Shown here: piece after piece, positions 59,426 to 64,000 of the stretch | Layout: every line of letters begins with the position of its first letter | Numbering within the stretch: position 1 is the stretch's first letter | DNA from: Octopus vulgaris | Lineage: Eukaryota | Assembly: GCA_951406725.2 (NCBI GenBank) | Contig: OX597817.1 | Span: 138,694,001-138,758,000, forward strand | Direction of reading: 5' to 3' | DNA: 64,000 bases | Notes under the pieces: generated by a model | The model's database searches: none | The model's input: only the letters and a program-made list of their open reading frames with translations | Told to the model about the DNA's origin: nothing | Program-made: the position numbers and the translations under genes

Positions 59426-59529
59426 TATAGATTATATGTATATATAATACATGCAAACAAAATAATATGTATGTATGTGCAGACGTATATCTATCGATCC
59501 ATCCTTCTATCCATCTATCTGTCGATCCC

Positions 59530-59615
<86 letters not shown>

Positions 59616-60270
59616 CATTCATCCATCCATCTATCTGTCTATCTACACACACACACGCATCAATAGATATAATGATATAATGCATATATATGACAGCGTA
59701 TATACACACATATAAGTATATAAATACTTTGTGTTTAAAAATATGCGTGTGCGCGCGTGTGTACGTAATGTGTATATGTACAAATGTATGCATGTCTGTA
59801 TATATGCATGCGTTGCATGGATATATACAGGAATCATTTCGTTCGAGTAGCATTGATGAAAATTCGGCAGGCATTGATCATCATAATGGTTATGTGATTG
59901 ATCAGCAGGATAAATCGTTAATCCATCAATAAAACGAACCAGTTCGACCTCGCTTGTAATTGTTCCGAACGTATATTCTCCCGGTCACATCAATGGCGGA
60001 CAGCTATTGGAGTTGACTTGGGAAGAGGTGGAGACAGGGTCGAATCGTGAACAAAGCAGCTGTTTCACGACAAGCGAATAACTTGTATAAAATATATACA
60101 TGCATAAACGCACGCGCGCGGGCACACACATGCGTATATATCTGCATATGTTTGTATATACGCGCATGAATGACTGCATGTATCTATGAATGTTATGTAG
60201 GGGGGATTTTATATGAGTGCACATGTGTATGTCTGCATATACATAAGTATATGCATGTAGGTATTATATA

Positions 60271-60316
<46 letters not shown>

Positions 60317-60351
60317 GTCTGTGTGTATGCATATATGAATATATATGTATG

Positions 60352-60385
<34 letters not shown>

Positions 60386-60450
60386 GTATATATCGCATAC
60401 ATATATATTTATATATGCATACACACAGGCATATATATATATGTGTGTGT

Positions 60451-60822
60451 GTGGCTGTGTGGTAAGAAGCCTGCTTCCCAACCTAATGGTTCCGGGTTCA
60501 GTCCCACTACGTGGCACCTTAAGCAAGTGTCTTCTACTATAGCCTTGGGCCGACCAAAGCCTTGTGAGTGAATTTGGTTGACGGAAACTGAAAGAAGCCC
60601 GTTGTATATATATAGTTGTGTCTGTATTTGTCCTTCCACCATCGCTTTGACAACAAATGTTGGTGTGTTTACGTTCCCGTAACCTAGCGGTTTGGCAATA
60701 GTGACCGATAGAAAAAGTACTAGGCTTACAAATAATAAGTCCTGGGGGTCGATTTGCTCGACTAAAGGCTGTGCTCCAGCATGGCCGCAGTCAAATGACT
60801 GAAACAAGTAAAAGAGGAAAAG
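60451..60822 (+). mobile_element. SINE family A
   Basis: Homologous end to end with 50873-51260. Confidence 0.9.
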
Positions 60823-61059
60823 AATAATAATATATATACATAGATACATGCGTTTCTACGCATTCTGACTGAATTGTCCCTCTGTTAACGTGGGTCTCCT
60901 ATCGACAATGTAAACTTTTATTAAATCAAGCTATCCTTGGCCTGAAGAGTGCACCTCGCTTGGATATTTACCACTTCCGAGGTTCCATTCACTATGAAAC
61001 CTATATGGCCCGGATTTAATCTTCTCTGTTCCTCAACTCTTGGATGGATATATATATAT

Positions 61060-61358
61060 ATCAAAATAAGCAACAAGGATATCCAGAGGTAATGCTGTAC
61101 GATCGTTTCATGCGACCCCATTTAATTGAACAATGCAAATATTACATCAATTTAAAATGTAGAGCAATCTCCAGCTGCATAAAAATATAGAATTTAGTTA
61201 AATTCAAAGGATTCATTTGTATCCTTCGAATATTTTTATGCAGATGAAGATTGCTCTACATTTTAAATTGATGTAATGTTTACATTGTTCAATTAAATGG
61301 AGTCACATAAAACAATAATACTGCTTTACTTCTGGATACCCTTGTTGCTTATTTTGAT
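61060..61358. repeat. Imperfect about 130-bp inverted repeat
   Basis: Arms about 61060-61188 and 61230-61358. The loop holds AAGGAT-loop-ATCCTT-CGAA. Confidence 0.75.
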
Positions 61359-61781
61359 TATAATCACCCCATTTTGAATTATATGGATAATACCATACTA
61401 TATATATATATATATATCTTGAAAAAAATAGACATACAACTCTATACGATATCCTATGTACATCATATACAGATATGTGCGTGTGTATGTACATGTGTGT
61501 GATTGGGTGTGTCTGAAGGGGGTTAGGCTTGTAGCACTCACAGTCCGGCTGTGTGTTGTGTTCTTGAGCGAAACACTTTATTCCCAGTAGGTCTTAGTCC
61601 ACTCAGCTGCAAAAGGGGTCACCCTGTGACGGAATACTCATCCGATCTCGGAAAATGTTGGCCTGTTTCGCTTTAACTAGAGGGGTGGCTGCATTCGAAA
61701 GTAAAAATGATGTAAAACGCACTGTGACCAGCTATGTATAACAACATCCGATAGTCTGGTCAATACCATGAATGCCGTGAG

Positions 61782-61813
<32 letters not shown>

Positions 61814-62174
61814 TGCCATTGTACATGAGAAGAACATACATTCAAAGAACGTATCTGTATGGTGTGTATAGAGTGCAATCGTTGGTTGAGCTTCAGAAAG
61901 ACGTTGTCGGTGCAAAGAAGAAAGTTCAAATGTTGTAATCTAAGCAGCAGCTGGAATTGGTGCTTGATGATTGGTTGCTGGAATATGGCTAGTGTGGCAG
62001 CGGAAGGGTGGGCTGGGCAGGGGGTGGGTGGAGTGATGGTTGTGGTGGCGGTAGTGGTGGTCACGACGAAGACGGTATTGTGGATGAAGATGAAGACAGA
62101 GTTGAAGAGAAAAGGAAGAAAACAGGAAGAGAAAAGGAGGAAAAGAAAGTGGTGATGGTGGTGACAGTCATGGA

Positions 62175-62708
62175 GAAGAAGAACGTAGTGATGGTAATGA
62201 TGATGATGATGATGATGATTAAGAAGAAGAAGAACGTGGTGATGGTAATGATGATGATGATGATGATTAAGAAGAACATGGTGATAGTAATGATGATGAT
62301 GATGATGATGATGATTAAGAAGAAGAACGTGGTGATGGTAATGATGATGATGATGATGATTAAGAAGAACGTGGTGATAGTAATGATGATGATGATGATT
62401 AAGAAGAAGAACGTGGTGATGGTAATGATGATGATGATTAAGAAGAAGAACGTGGTGATGGTAATGATGACGATGATGATGATGATTAAGAAGAAGAACG
62501 TGGTGATGGTAATGATGACGATGATGATGATGATTAAGAAGAAGAACGTGGTGATGGTAATGATGATGATGATGATGATGTTTAAGAAGAACGTGGTGAT
62601 GGTAATGATGATGATGATTAAGAAGAAGAAGAACGTGGTGATGGTAATGATGATGATGATGATTAAGAAGAAGAATGTGGTGATGGTAATGATGATGATG
62701 ATGATGAT
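62175..62708. repeat. Compound minisatellite (AAG)n-AACGTGGTGATGGTA-(ATG)n-ATT, about 13 units
   Basis: Direct inspection. Confidence 0.92.
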
Positions 62709-63124
62709 CCACCGCAACAACATGAACAATGTCATTCAAAAGCCAGTCGTACTCTCCCACCGTCCACCACCTTTCCCACTCCGGGCAGCTGACCACATAA
62801 GCACGGCTGGTCATTACCTAGCAAATGGCAGCTACAATAGACGCTGCTTTAAACTGGCCATAGCCGCCACCTCCTCCTCTCCTCCACCTCGCCGATTCGT
62901 ATTAAACCGAACTCGCTGCAAAGCTTGTATATAACGTATAAAATAATGTATATGCTGTGTGTATCCACGTGTGCCTGTGCATAGCTTCAAGTGGCTCCAA
63001 CAGACATGAGAAGATGGCCGAGTTCTGAGAGACGGTGGCGCCATCTATACTCTGCTTCGCTGACTGATTGATACAATGGTCGGTGCTTCTGTTGTCCAAA
63101 ACCAGCTGTAAACGGAGAGAGAGG

Positions 63125-63180
<56 letters not shown>

Positions 63181-63264
63181 ATGCATGAACGTACGCACAC
63201 ATGGATGTTGCACGCATCACATGTACGAATGCATGTGTCTATGTACGAATATGTGTATGTGTAA

Positions 63265-64000
<736 letters not shown>

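Noticed and set aside
62175-62708. Repeat-spacer-like array suggestive of CRISPR
   Set aside because: The variable parts are just (ATG)n/(AAG)n length changes, there are no unique spacers or cas genes, and the context is eukaryotic.

Overview
A eukaryotic, AT-rich intergenic or intronic window saturated with microsatellites and transposons. The SINE families and repeat load look like Octopus, but that is recognition from memory, not a search. I found no host protein-coding exon I can support; nearly all long ORFs are microsatellite artefacts. Real coding content is transposon-derived: a CR1/L2-group LINE with intact APE+RT ORF2 (40615-43719, minus), a near-identical 5'-truncated twin facing it tail-to-tail (37626-40360), older LINE fragments, Penelope-like RT/GIY-YIG remnants, Tc1/mariner remnants, non-autonomous Helitrons and three tRNA-type SINE families. 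Three observations stand out. (1) The LINE copy at 25217-25845 carries a strongly directional A-to-G substitution cluster (about 55 A>G vs about 8 G>A by eye), the pattern expected if an ADAR-hyperedited RNA was reverse-transcribed into the genome. (2) The 2.7-kb near-perfect LINE palindrome is a plausible type of dsRNA substrate for such editing. (3) More than a dozen intact or decayed type-I hammerhead ribozyme motifs occur in short (TA)n-embedded elements, several with a recurring 'inverted tail copy - ribozyme - tail' fold-back layout. All alignments and counts are manual and approximate.
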